A DNA stretch of 64,000 bases from assembly GCF_030690725.1 (NCBI RefSeq), contig NZ_JAUYGD010000004.1:117327-181326 (forward strand). Reading direction: 5' to 3'. Positions within the stretch are counted from its first letter, which is position 1, and the number at the start of each line of letters is the position of its first letter. The notes beneath the pieces are model-generated. The model searched no databases, was not told the DNA's origin, and saw only the letters and a list, made by a program, of their open reading frames with translations. Origin of the DNA: Pseudomonas sp. (lineage in GTDB: Bacteria; Pseudomonadota; Gammaproteobacteria; Pseudomonadales; Pseudomonadaceae). Shown here in pieces: positions 1-9,444 of this stretch. Position numbers and translations under genes: made by a program.

Positions 1-83
1 AACAACTTGGCCGCAGCCAGTATAGGCGGGCGATGGTTGGATCTTGTGACAGGACGTCCGAAGGTACTAGAGGTATTTGCGCA

Positions 84-791
84 ATGTTTGGACGTCTTGG
101 CAGGTTCTGCCTGATTGGCTTATGGCTTTCGTGGATGCCGTTGTCGGTGACCGCCGCGGAGCAGGATGGGCTGCTCAGGGATTTGGCGCGGATTGCCCCT
201 GGGCTTAATCAGCAGGCATTGCAGCATGCGCTGGCGGCCATGCAGTGCGCGGTCAATCATGGCGCTGAGCCTGCGCGCCGACTGGCGGTGATCGATTATT
301 CGCGGCCTTCCACCGAGCGGAGGTTGTGGATCTTCGATCTGCAGCGCAAGCGTTTGCTGTTACGTGATTTTGTCGCTCACGGGCGCAAGTCCGGGGAGAA
401 CTTCGCCGAGGCGTTCTCCAATCGGTTGGGCAGCCATCAAAGCAGTCTGGGGTTATTCCGCACCGCTGAAAGCTACAGCGGCAAGCATGGTTATTCCCTG
501 CGTATGGATGGTCTGGAACCCGGACTGAATGATCTGGCCCGCGAGCGTGCCATCGTGATTCATGGCGCCGGTTATGTGAACCCGCGTTGGGCGCAGAAAC
601 ATGGCCGTATCGGCCGCAGCCTGGGTTGCCCGGCGGTGCGCCCGGAAGTGGCGCGGATGGTGGTCGATCAGCTCAAGGGCGGGCAGTTTCTCTTCGCCTG
701 GCATTCCAATCAGCGCTGGTTGAAAGCCTCCGCGTACCTGGATTGCAAACCGCAGCGGGTGGCGGCGCTGAGTCGTGTCGGGGAAGGCTGA
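84..791 (+). CDS. Murein L,D-transpeptidase catalytic-domain protein (YkuD_2-like)
   Basis: N-terminal signal-like segment; IVIHGA...GRSLGCPAV catalytic His/Cys motif; GAGGT RBS before ATG 84. Confidence 0.85.
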   Translation: MFGRLGRFCLIGLWLSWMPLSVTAAEQDGLLRDLARIAPGLNQQALQHALAAMQCAVNHGAEPARRLAVIDYSRPSTERRLWIFDLQRKRLLLRDFVAHGRKSGENFAEAFSNRLGSHQSSLGLFRTAESYSGKHGYSLRMDGLEPGLNDLARERAIVIHGAGYVNPRWAQKHGRIGRSLGCPAVRPEVARMVVDQLKGGQFLFAWHSNQRWLKASAYLDCKPQRVAALSRVGEG

Positions 792-792
792 G

Positions 793-927
793 AGCCTGCT
801 CATGATCTCGCGAGCTAGAGCCATACAAGGCGAAAACAGGCGAGGAAGCGGAGTTTACTGATGTAAATGAGCATTCCGAGCCTGTTTTCAACGCAGTAGG
901 GCCGACGCGCAGCAGATCATTAAGGCT
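793..927 (+). repeat. Structured intergenic repeat, copy 1 (MITE/REPIN-like)
   Basis: Core GAGGAAGCGGAG-TTTAC-N4-GTAAA-TGAGCATTCCGAGCCTGTTTT shared with 3595, 36572 and 55697 copies; terminal IR ATGATCT/AGATCAT; lies between convergent stop codons. Confidence 0.85.
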
Positions 928-2710
928 ATTTCTGCTCGCTCTGCGGGGTAACCCGCAGCACTTCCTCAATGGTGGTCAGGCCGGCGGCGACCTTCTGCGC
1001 GCCGGACAGTCGCAGGCTGCGCATGCCTTCCTTGAAGGCATGTCGACGCAGCGCAATCAGGTCGGTGTCGGCGGTGATCAGCGGTTTCATCGCATCATTG
1101 ATCAGCATGATTTCATACACCCCCGCGCGGCCGCGGTAGCCGGTGTCGCGGCACTCCAGGCAGCCGACGGCACTGCAGGCCTGGGTCGGCAGCGGCGCAC
1201 TCCAGGGTTTGGTCAGGCTCTGCCAGCCGTCTTCATCCAGGGTCTGCGGTGCCTTGCAGTGTGGGCACAGGGTACGCACCAGGCGTTGCGCCATCACGCC
1301 GAGCAGGGTGGCCTTGAGCAGGTAGTGCGGCACGCCCAGCTCTAGCAGGCGAGTGATGGCGCTGGGTGCATCGTTGGTGTGGAGCGTCGAGAGTACCAGG
1401 TGGCCGGTGAGCGCCGCCTGGATTGCCATCTCGGCGGTTTCCAGGTCGCGGATTTCGCCGACCATAATGATGTCCGGGTCCTGGCGCATCAGTGCGCGCA
1501 CCCCGCTGGCGAAGGTCAGGTCGATATTGCTCTGCACCTGCATCTGGTTGAAGGCCCCTTCGATCATCTCGATCGGGTCTTCGATGGTGCAAACGTTAAC
1601 CTCAGGCGTGGCCAGTTGCTTGAGCGTGGTGTACAGCGTGGTGGTCTTGCCTGAGCCGGTCGGTCCGGTGACCAGAATGATGCCGTTGGGCTGGCTGGTC
1701 ATGCTCTGCCAGCGCTTCAAGTCATCGGCGGAGAAACCCAGCTGATCGAAGCTTTTCAGCAGCACTTCTGGGTCGAAAATCCGCATCACCATCTTCTCGC
1801 CAAAGGCGGTGGGCAGTGTCGACAGGCGCAGTTCTACTTCACCGCCGTCCGGGGTCTTGGTCTTCACCCGGCCGTCCTGCGGTTTGCGCTTTTCTGCAAC
1901 GTTCATCCGCCCGAGGCTTTTCAAGCGACTGACGATGGCCATGGTCACCTGGGGCGGGAATTGATAGACGGTGTGCAACACTCCGTCGATGCGAAAACGC
2001 ACGCTGCCCTGTTCGCGACGTGGCTCGATATGGATATCGCTGGCGCGCTGGGTAAAGGCGTACTGGAACAGCCAGTCGACGATATTAACGATATGCGCGT
2101 CGTTGGCATCGGGCTCTTGGTCTTGGGCGCCAAGGTTGAGCAGTTGCTCAAAGTTGCCGGCCCCGCTGATTTTCATATCACCGGCCGAGGCGCCGCTGAC
2201 CGATTTGGCCAGGCGGTAGAACTCTACGGTAAAGCGCTGGATCTCCGTCGGGCTGGCCACCACGCGCTTGATCGGACGCTTAAGCACATGGATCAGATTG
2301 GCTTCCCAGCTGTGCACCAGTGGTTGGCTGCTGGCGATGGTTACACTGTCGTTGTCCACCGCCACAGCGAGAATCTTGTGGCGCTGGGCGAAGGCGTAGG
2401 ACATCAGCGGGGTGACGGCGGCGACATCAATCTTCAGTGGGTCAATTCGTAGATAAGGCTGCCCGGATTGTTCCGCCAACCAGACGGTCAGATCTTCTAG
2501 GTCAAGCTTCTTGCCGGGCTTCTTCAGGTCGTCGAGTTGTTGGGCCGCGAGAAATTCCAGCGGGTGCTGCTTATTGTTGACCGCGCTGCGGCGGATCGTC
2601 AGACATTGCTCGGCATTGTCCTGATTGGTCCGACCCTGGGCGACCAGCTCACGCAGCAGATCGGCGAGCTCCAACTGGCGATCATGGGCGGACGAGACGA
2701 ATGCGGACAT
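926..2710 (-). CDS. Orphan GspE/PilB-family secretion ATPase
   Basis: Walker A GPTGSGKTT, Asp box TIEDPIE, RQDPDIIMVGEIRD, His box LSTLHTND, tetra-Cys CPHC...CLEC. Confidence 0.92.
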   Translation of the reverse strand: MSAFVSSAHDRQLELADLLRELVAQGRTNQDNAEQCLTIRRSAVNNKQHPLEFLAAQQLDDLKKPGKKLDLEDLTVWLAEQSGQPYLRIDPLKIDVAAVTPLMSYAFAQRHKILAVAVDNDSVTIASSQPLVHSWEANLIHVLKRPIKRVVASPTEIQRFTVEFYRLAKSVSGASAGDMKISGAGNFEQLLNLGAQDQEPDANDAHIVNIVDWLFQYAFTQRASDIHIEPRREQGSVRFRIDGVLHTVYQFPPQVTMAIVSRLKSLGRMNVAEKRKPQDGRVKTKTPDGGEVELRLSTLPTAFGEKMVMRIFDPEVLLKSFDQLGFSADDLKRWQSMTSQPNGIILVTGPTGSGKTTTLYTTLKQLATPEVNVCTIEDPIEMIEGAFNQMQVQSNIDLTFASGVRALMRQDPDIIMVGEIRDLETAEMAIQAALTGHLVLSTLHTNDAPSAITRLLELGVPHYLLKATLLGVMAQRLVRTLCPHCKAPQTLDEDGWQSLTKPWSAPLPTQACSAVGCLECRDTGYRGRAGVYEIMLINDAMKPLITADTDLIALRRHAFKEGMRSLRLSGAQKVAAGLTTIEEVLRVTPQSEQK

Positions 2711-2842
2711 AAAACTCCCTAACGATCCTGATTACGTTTTAACGACCTGCTAAGCAATCCCAGCAGCATGACGCCAAGGGCGCGAGCTGTCTGCCGACTT
2801 GATCCATTTTTGCACAGCCGCCAGCTATTGCCGCTCTAAGCG

Positions 2843-3517
2843 TCAGGCGCGCTTGAGCGTTTTCACTCCTTCAGCGGTGCCGAGCAGCAGCAGATCGGCC
2901 GGACGGGCAGCGAACAGGCCATTGGTGACCACGCCGACGATGGCGTTGATCTCGCGCTCCAGGGTCACCGGGTCGGTGATGCTCATGTTGAACACGTCGA
3001 GGATGATATTGCCGTTGTCGGTCACCACGCCTTCGCGGTACACCGGGTCGCCGCCGAGTTTGACCAGCTGGCGCGCTACATGGCTGCGCGCCATCGGGAT
3101 CACTTCCACCGGCAGTGGGAAGGCGCCGAGGACCGGCACCAGCTTGCTGGCGTCGGCAATGCAGATAAAGGTCTGCGCCACAGCCGCGACAATTTTCTCG
3201 CGGGTCAGGGCCGCGCCGCCGCCCTTGATCAGATTGAGGTGCTCGTCGCTCTCGTCGGCGCCGTCGACATAGAACTCCAGGTCGCTGACGGTGTTCAGCT
3301 CATACACCGGAATGCCATGGCCCTTGAGGCGTGCGGCGGTGGCTTCGGAGCTGGCGACGGCGCCGTCGAACTCCATCTTGTGCTTGGCCAGGGCATCGAT
3401 AAAACAGTTTGCGGTGGAGCCAGTGCCGACTCCGATCACACTCTTGGCGTCGAGTTTGGGAAGAATAAAGTCGACAGCAGCCTGGGCGACGGCTTGCTTG
3501 AGTTGATCCTGGTTCAT
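2843..3517 (-). CDS. rpiA: Ribose-5-phosphate isomerase A
   Basis: [25 protein letters not shown] motifs. Confidence 0.98.
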   Translation of the reverse strand: MNQDQLKQAVAQAAVDFILPKLDAKSVIGVGTGSTANCFIDALAKHKMEFDGAVASSEATAARLKGHGIPVYELNTVSDLEFYVDGADESDEHLNLIKGGGAALTREKIVAAVAQTFICIADASKLVPVLGAFPLPVEVIPMARSHVARQLVKLGGDPVYREGVVTDNGNIILDVFNMSITDPVTLEREINAIVGVVTNGLFAARPADLLLLGTAEGVKTLKRA

Positions 3518-3552
3518 CGTGGGGCCTGGCGTGGGAGTGAGGAAAGGCGCGA

Positions 3553-3582
3553 ATTATAGCGCGGCTGGGCCGGCGACGTTAA
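3553..3582 (-). promoter_or_regulatory. Candidate sigma70 promoter of rpiA
   Basis: Minus strand TTAACG-N18-TATAAT upstream of rpiA ATG. Confidence 0.5.
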
Positions 3583-3594
3583 AACCCTGCCTGT

Positions 3595-3733
3595 CAGGCC
3601 GCGTGAGAGCGTAGCGAGCGAAGGTCAGGCAAGGCAAAAACAGGCGAGGAAGCGGAGAGTACTGTTGTACATGAGCATTCCGAGCCTGTTTTTAACGCCG
3701 CATCAACGAGCGCAGTAGCTCTCGCGTGGTCTG
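3595..3733 (+). repeat. Structured intergenic repeat, copy 2
   Basis: Same core (CAAGGCAAAAACAGGCGAGGAAGCGGAG...ATGAGCATTCCGAGCCTGTTTTTAACGC); imperfect 16-bp terminal IR CAGGCCGCGTGAGAGC/GCTCTCGCGTGGTCTG. Confidence 0.85.
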
Positions 3734-3805
3734 CTTGTATGGTCGTTCGGCGCAACGCTGGGGTAGACTCGCGGACTCCCTGAAAAGCCGCCTGCGATGC
3801 CCGCC

Positions 3806-5320
3806 ATGCTCGAACAGTACGTCAAGAAGATCCTCACCTCGCGCGTCTATGACGTGGCGGTGGAAACCCCGCTGCAAGCCGCCAACCAGCTTACCGAGCG
3901 TCTGGGCAACCAGATTCTGCTCAAGCGCGAAGACCTGCAGCCGGTGTACTCGTTCAAAATTCGTGGCGCCTACAACAAGCTGGCGCAACTCTCCGCTGAA
4001 GAGCAGGCGCGTGGCGTGGTCACTGCCTCGGCTGGCAACCATGCCCAAGGTCTGGCGCTGGCGGCCAAGGTGCTGGGGGTCAAAGCTACCATCGTGATGC
4101 CCAAGACCACCCCGGAGATCAAGGTGCAGGGTGTGCGTTCGCGTGGTGGCAAGGTGGTGTTGCATGGCGACAGCTTCCCCGAGGCCCTGGCCTATTCGCT
4201 GAAATTGGTGGATGAGAAAGGCTACATCTATATCCATCCCTACGATGACCCGCACACCATCGCCGGCCAGGGCACTGTGGCTATGGAGATCCTCCGTCAG
4301 CAGCCGGGCCAGCTCGATGCGATCTTCGTGCCGGTGGGTGGTGGCGGCCTGATCGCGGGAATCGCCGCCTATGTCAAATACCTGCGCCCGGAAATTCGGG
4401 TGATCGGCGTCGAGCCGGACGACTCCAACTGCCTGCAGGCCGCCATGGCCGCAGGGGAGCGCGTGGTGTTGCCGCAGGTTGGGCTGTTTGCCGATGGCGT
4501 GGCCGTGGCGCAGATCGGCCAGCACACCTTTGATGTGTGCAAGGACCATGTCGACGAGGTGATCACCGTCAGCACCGACGAGATCTGTGCGGCGATCAAG
4601 GACATCTACGACGACACCCGTTCGATCACCGAACCGGCCGGTGCGCTGAGCGTGGCCGGGATCAAAAAGTATGTGGAGCGTGAAGGCTGCAGTGGGCGGG
4701 TGCTGGTGGGTATCGACTCGGGGGCCAACGTCAACTTCGACCGTCTGCGCCACGTTGCTGAGCGCGCCGAACTGGGCGAGAAGCGTGAAGCGATCATCGC
4801 CGTGACCATCCCCGAGCAGCCGGGCAGCTTCAAGGCGTTCTGCGAGGCCATCGGTAAGCGGCAGATCACCGAGTTCAACTACCGCTATCACGAAGATAAG
4901 GAGGCGCACATCTTTGTCGGCGTGCAAACCCACCCGGAAAGTGACCCGCGTGCCGCGCTGGTTCAGGGGCTGCGCGACCAGGGCTTCCCGGTGTTGGACC
5001 TGACTGACAACGAACTGGCCAAGTTGCATATCCGCCATATGGTCGGCGGTCATGCGGCAGCGGTGCCGGATGAGTGCGTTTACCGCTTCGAGTTTCCTGA
5101 GCGTCCGGGTGCATTGTTCAATTTCTTACAGAAATTAGGTGGGCGCTGGAACATCTCGATGTTCCACTACCGCAATCACGGCGCGGCCGATGGTCGAGTG
5201 GTCGCGGGCCTGCAGGTGCCGCAGGCCGAGCGCCATTTGGTGCCAGCGGCGCTGGAAGCCATCGGCTATCCCTACTGGGATGAGAGCGATAACCCGGCGT
5301 ACAAACTCTTTCTTGGATAA
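3806..5320 (+). CDS. ilvA: Threonine ammonia-lyase, biosynthetic
   Basis: SFKIRGA PLP lysine, SAGNHAQG, PVGGGGL, two C-terminal ACT-like domains. Confidence 0.97.
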   Translation: MLEQYVKKILTSRVYDVAVETPLQAANQLTERLGNQILLKREDLQPVYSFKIRGAYNKLAQLSAEEQARGVVTASAGNHAQGLALAAKVLGVKATIVMPKTTPEIKVQGVRSRGGKVVLHGDSFPEALAYSLKLVDEKGYIYIHPYDDPHTIAGQGTVAMEILRQQPGQLDAIFVPVGGGGLIAGIAAYVKYLRPEIRVIGVEPDDSNCLQAAMAAGERVVLPQVGLFADGVAVAQIGQHTFDVCKDHVDEVITVSTDEICAAIKDIYDDTRSITEPAGALSVAGIKKYVEREGCSGRVLVGIDSGANVNFDRLRHVAERAELGEKREAIIAVTIPEQPGSFKAFCEAIGKRQITEFNYRYHEDKEAHIFVGVQTHPESDPRAALVQGLRDQGFPVLDLTDNELAKLHIRHMVGGHAAAVPDECVYRFEFPERPGALFNFLQKLGGRWNISMFHYRNHGAADGRVVAGLQVPQAERHLVPAALEAIGYPYWDESDNPAYKLFLG

Positions 5321-5346
5321 GCCGGAAACCCGGTAGGACTGAAACA

Positions 5347-5787
5347 ATGGAACATTACCCATTGCTGAAAATGCTGCACATGCTGCCCGGCATCCTCTTG
5401 CTGGTTGGGGTGCTGGTGCATCTGTTTATGTTATGGAAGGCCTCGCGTGGCGGTGATGCCGCCATCTTGCAGCGCAAGCTGAAACGCACCCGCTTGATCA
5501 GCATGCCGGTGCTCGGCCTGCTGGCCCTGAGCCTGCCGGTAACCGGCTGGTTGCTGGTTGACCTTATCGGTTTGCCGCTGAGCCAAACCTGGCTGCTGCT
5601 TAGCAGCGTGCTGTTTGGTGTGTTGATGGTTGCCGGGCTGCTGCTGGCGGGCCGCCTGAGCACCTGGCAAGCCCTTAATGGCGCGCCAGCACCCAAGCGC
5701 CTGCTGGGTTTCTGCGCGGCCTATGCCGTGCTGATCGTGTTGTTGTTGCTGGTGATCATGGGGTTGATGGGCGCCAAGCCAGCTTGA
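5347..5787 (+). CDS. DUF2269-like integral membrane protein
   Basis: Four hydrophobic helices, C-terminal LM..KP; conserved position after ilvA in pseudomonads (recall). Confidence 0.7.
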   Translation: MEHYPLLKMLHMLPGILLLVGVLVHLFMLWKASRGGDAAILQRKLKRTRLISMPVLGLLALSLPVTGWLLVDLIGLPLSQTWLLLSSVLFGVLMVAGLLLAGRLSTWQALNGAPAPKRLLGFCAAYAVLIVLLLLVIMGLMGAKPA

Positions 5788-5798
5788 TCAATACCGCA

Positions 5799-5833
5799 AT
5801 AAAAAACGCCGCCTGATCAGGCGGCGTTTTTAT
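5799..5833. terminator. Bidirectional intrinsic terminator
   Basis: AAAAACGCCGCCTGA/TCAGGCGGCGTTTTT palindrome between convergent genes. Confidence 0.9.
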
Positions 5834-5844
5834 TTGCAGCCAGT

Positions 5845-6498
5845 TTAGCGCAGCGAGATCACCGGCCAGCCGCGCTTTTCTGCTTCGGCGCGCAGGTTTG
5901 GATCGGGGTCGACGGCGAAGGGGTGAGTGACTTGCTCCAGCAGGGGCAGGTCGTTCATTGAGTCACTGTAGAAGTAGCTGTCGTTGAGGTTAAGGCCGCT
6001 TTCCGCCAACCAGCGGTTAAGGCGGGTGACCTTGCCTTCCTTGAAGCACGGCACGTCGGTGGTGCGTCCGGTGTAGCGGCCGTCGGCCATTTCACATTCG
6101 GTGGCCAGCAGGGTGTCGACCCCAAGGCGCGCAGCAATCGGCGCGGTGACGAAGCGGTTGGTGGCGGTGATGAGCAGCAGCTTGTCGCCGGCTTCGCGGT
6201 GCTCGGCGAGCAGCGCTTCACCTTTGGCAAGGATGATCGGCTCGACGCAGTCGCGCATAAACTCGCGGTGCCACTGCTCCAGCTGCACCATTTCCGTGCG
6301 GCCGAGGATTTCCAGGCTGAAGTTCAGGTAGTCGGTGATGTTCAGGCGGCCGGCCAGGTAGTCCTGATAGAAGTCATCGTTGCGCGCCTTATAGGCGATG
6401 CCGTCGAGGATGCCGCGCTCACACAGGTAATCGCCCCAGGCGTGATCGCTGTCGCCGCCGAGCAGGGTGTTGTCGAGATCGAATAAAGCCAAACGCAC
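5845..6498 (-). CDS. HAD-IB family hydrolase (probable histidinol-phosphate phosphatase, PA0335-like)
   Basis: DLDNTL motif I, ITAT motif [13 protein letters not shown] motif IV; GTG start. Confidence 0.85.
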   Translation of the reverse strand: MRLALFDLDNTLLGGDSDHAWGDYLCERGILDGIAYKARNDDFYQDYLAGRLNITDYLNFSLEILGRTEMVQLEQWHREFMRDCVEPIILAKGEALLAEHREAGDKLLLITATNRFVTAPIAARLGVDTLLATECEMADGRYTGRTTDVPCFKEGKVTRLNRWLAESGLNLNDSYFYSDSMNDLPLLEQVTHPFAVDPDPNLRAEAEKRGWPVISLR

Positions 6499-6653
6499 GG
6501 GAGCACCTTTGATTGCCAGCCACGAAAGGCGGCCAGAATAACGGCTTTTGTAGGTCATTCCTATTACGCGCCCCGCTCGCGTTGCTGCTGCCGCGGCCTT
6601 TGTGGAACAATGCCCGCATGTCTTAAATTCAGGCGTTTACGAGGTTGTGTGCC

Positions 6654-7133
6654 GTGATCGATTCCGATGGTTTTCGCCCGAATGTCGGCATCATTCTGAC
6701 CAATGATGACGGCCAGGTACTGTGGGCGCGTCGGATAAACCAGGACGCTTGGCAGTTCCCGCAAGGCGGGATCAATGACCATGAGTCGCCGGAAGAAGCG
6801 CTGTACCGCGAATTGAATGAAGAAGTCGGCCTGGAACAGCAGGATGTGAAAATTCTCGCCTGCACCCGGGGTTGGTTGCGTTATCGTCTGCCTCAGCGTT
6901 TGGTGCGCACGCACAGCCAACCGCTGTGCATCGGGCAGAAACAGAAGTGGTTCCTCCTGCGTCTAACGGGCGCAGAAGACCGGGTACGCATGGACCTGAC
7001 TGGCAAGCCGGAATTCGACGGCTGGCGCTGGGTCAGTTACTGGTACCCGCTGGGCCAGGTGGTGACATTCAAGCGCGAGGTTTACCGTCGCGCCCTCAAG
7101 GAACTCGCTCCGCGCCTTTTGGCTCGGGACTGA
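6654..7133 (+). CDS. rppH: RNA pyrophosphohydrolase (Nudix)
   Basis: [12 protein letters not shown] start, Nudix box [22 protein letters not shown], upstream of ptsP. Confidence 0.97.
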   Translation: MIDSDGFRPNVGIILTNDDGQVLWARRINQDAWQFPQGGINDHESPEEALYRELNEEVGLEQQDVKILACTRGWLRYRLPQRLVRTHSQPLCIGQKQKWFLLRLTGAEDRVRMDLTGKPEFDGWRWVSYWYPLGQVVTFKREVYRRALKELAPRLLARD

Positions 7134-7151
7134 CACAGGCTAGAGCCAAGC

Positions 7152-9431
7152 ATGCTCAATACGCTGCGCAAGATTGTCCAGGAAGTAAACGCCGCCAAGG
7201 ACCTCAAGGCGGCGCTGGGCATTATCGTGCAGCGGGTGCGCGAGGCCATGGGCAGCCAGGTCTGCTCGGTCTACCTGCTGGACCCGGAAACCAACCGCTT
7301 TGTGCTGATGGCCACCGAGGGTCTGAACAAGAAGGCTATCGGCAAGGTCAGCATGGCCCCCAACGAGGGCCTGGTTGGCTTGGTTGGTACGCGCGAAGAG
7401 CCGCTCAACCTCGAACACGCCTCCGAACACCCGCGCTACCGCTACTTTGCCGAGACCGGTGAGGAGCGTTACGCCTCATTCCTCGGCGCGCCGATCATTC
7501 ACCACCGCAAGGTGATGGGTGTATTGGTCATCCAGCAGAAAGAACAGCGCCAGTTCGACGAAGGTGAAGAAGCCTTCCTGGTCACCATGAGCGCCCAGCT
7601 CGCCGGGGTTATCGCCCACGCTGAGGCCACAGGCTCGATTCGCGGCCTGGGCCGTCAGGGCAAGGGCATTCAGGAAGCCAAGTTCGTCGGCGTGCCAGGC
7701 TCGCCTGGCGCGGCCGTGGGTACAGCGGTGGTGGTATTGCCGCCGGCCGACCTGGAGGTGGTGCCGGATAAGACCGTCGATGACATCGCCGCCGAGCTGA
7801 CTCTGTTCAATAACGCCCTGGAAGGTGTGCGCAGCGACATGCGCGCGCTGTCGGCGAAGATGGCCACCCAGCTGCGCCCGGAAGAGCGCGCGCTGTTCGA
7901 CGTGTACCTGATGATGCTGGAAGACGCCGCCCTGGGTAACGAGGTGGTCAAGGTCATCCGCACAGGCCAGTGGGCCCAGGGCGCACTGCGTCAGGTGATT
8001 GGCGAGCACATCAACCGTTTCGAACTGATGGACGACGCCTACCTGCGCGAACGCGCCAGCGACGTAAAAGACCTCGGCCGGCGCCTGCTCGCCTATCTGC
8101 AGCAGGCGCGTCAGCAGACCCTGGTGTACCCGGACAACTGCATTCTGGTCAGCGAAGAGCTGTCGCCGGCGATGCTCGGCGAAGTGCCGGAAGGCAAGCT
8201 GGTCGGTCTGGTTTCGGTGCAGGGCTCAGGCAACTCCCATGTGGCGATCTTTGCCCGGGCCATGGGTATTCCCACTGTCATGGGTGTGGTTGATCTGCCG
8301 TATTCGAAGATCGACGGCATTCAGCTGATCGTCGACGGCTACCACGGTGAGGTGTTCACCAACCCCAGCGAAGTGTTGCGCAAGCAATACGCCGAAGTGG
8401 TCGAGGAAGAGCGCCAGCTGGCCCAGGGTCTTGATGCACTGCGCGCCTTGCCGTGCGAAACCCTCGACGGCCACCGCATGCCTTTGTGGGTCAACACCGG
8501 CCTGCTCGCCGATGTAAAACGTGCGCAGGAGCGCGGTGCCGAAGGCGTTGGCCTGTACCGCACCGAAGTGCCCTTTATGATCAAGGAACGCTTCCCCAGC
8601 GAGAAGGAACAGCTGGCGATTTATCGCGAGCAGCTGGCCGCCTTCCACCCGCTGCCGGTGACCATGCGTAGCCTGGATATCGGCGGCGACAAGGCGCTGA
8701 GCTATTTCCCGATCAAGGAAGACAACCCCTTCCTCGGCTGGCGCGGCATCCGCGTCACCCTCGACCACCCGGAAATCTTCCTGGTGCAGACCCGCGCCAT
8801 GCTCAAGGCCAGCGAAGGGCTGAACAACCTGCGCATTCTGCTGCCGATGATTTCCGGCATTCAGGAGCTGGAAGAAGCGCTGCACTTGATTCACCGCGCC
8901 TGGGGCGAGGTGCGCGACGAAGGCACCGACGTGCCGCTGCCACCGGTTGGGGTGATGATCGAGATTCCTGCGGCGGTCTATCAGGTGCGCGAACTGGCGC
9001 GCCAAGTCGACTTCCTCTCGGTCGGTTCGAATGACCTGACCCAATACCTGTTGGCCGTGGACCGTAACAACCCGCGCGTCGCCGATCTCTACGACTTCCT
9101 CCATCCGGCTGTGCTGCAGGCGCTGCGCCTGGTAGTGGCCGGAGCCCATGCCGAAGGCAAGCCAGTGAGCATTTGCGGCGAGATGGCCGGTGACCCGGCG
9201 TGCGCTGTGTTGCTGATGGCCATGGGCTTCGATGGCCTGTCGATGAACGCCACCAACCTGCCCAAGGTGAAATGGCTGCTGCGCCAGATCAGCATGGGCA
9301 AGGCCCAGGAATTGCTCGGCCAGGTGATGAGCATCGACAACCCGCAGGTGATTCACAGCACCCTGCAACTGGCCCTGCGCAACCTCGGCCTGGGCCGCAT
9401 GATCAATCCAGCGTCAGATATCCAGGCATGA
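7152..9431 (+). CDS. ptsP: PTS(Ntr) enzyme I
   Basis: N-terminal GAF domain, SGNSHVAI phospho-His, GLYRTE and PEP-utilising C-terminal domain. Confidence 0.98.
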   Translation: MLNTLRKIVQEVNAAKDLKAALGIIVQRVREAMGSQVCSVYLLDPETNRFVLMATEGLNKKAIGKVSMAPNEGLVGLVGTREEPLNLEHASEHPRYRYFAETGEERYASFLGAPIIHHRKVMGVLVIQQKEQRQFDEGEEAFLVTMSAQLAGVIAHAEATGSIRGLGRQGKGIQEAKFVGVPGSPGAAVGTAVVVLPPADLEVVPDKTVDDIAAELTLFNNALEGVRSDMRALSAKMATQLRPEERALFDVYLMMLEDAALGNEVVKVIRTGQWAQGALRQVIGEHINRFELMDDAYLRERASDVKDLGRRLLAYLQQARQQTLVYPDNCILVSEELSPAMLGEVPEGKLVGLVSVQGSGNSHVAIFARAMGIPTVMGVVDLPYSKIDGIQLIVDGYHGEVFTNPSEVLRKQYAEVVEEERQLAQGLDALRALPCETLDGHRMPLWVNTGLLADVKRAQERGAEGVGLYRTEVPFMIKERFPSEKEQLAIYREQLAAFHPLPVTMRSLDIGGDKALSYFPIKEDNPFLGWRGIRVTLDHPEIFLVQTRAMLKASEGLNNLRILLPMISGIQELEEALHLIHRAWGEVRDEGTDVPLPPVGVMIEIPAAVYQVRELARQVDFLSVGSNDLTQYLLAVDRNNPRVADLYDFLHPAVLQALRLVVAGAHAEGKPVSICGEMAGDPACAVLLMAMGFDGLSMNATNLPKVKWLLRQISMGKAQELLGQVMSIDNPQVIHSTLQLALRNLGLGRMINPASDIQA

Positions 9432-9444
9432 GCGCCCGCCGCTC

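Noticed and set aside
7139-7150. GCTAGAGCCA match to the repeat's left end before ptsP
   Set aside because: Only 10 bp with no core or partner arm; chance similarity.
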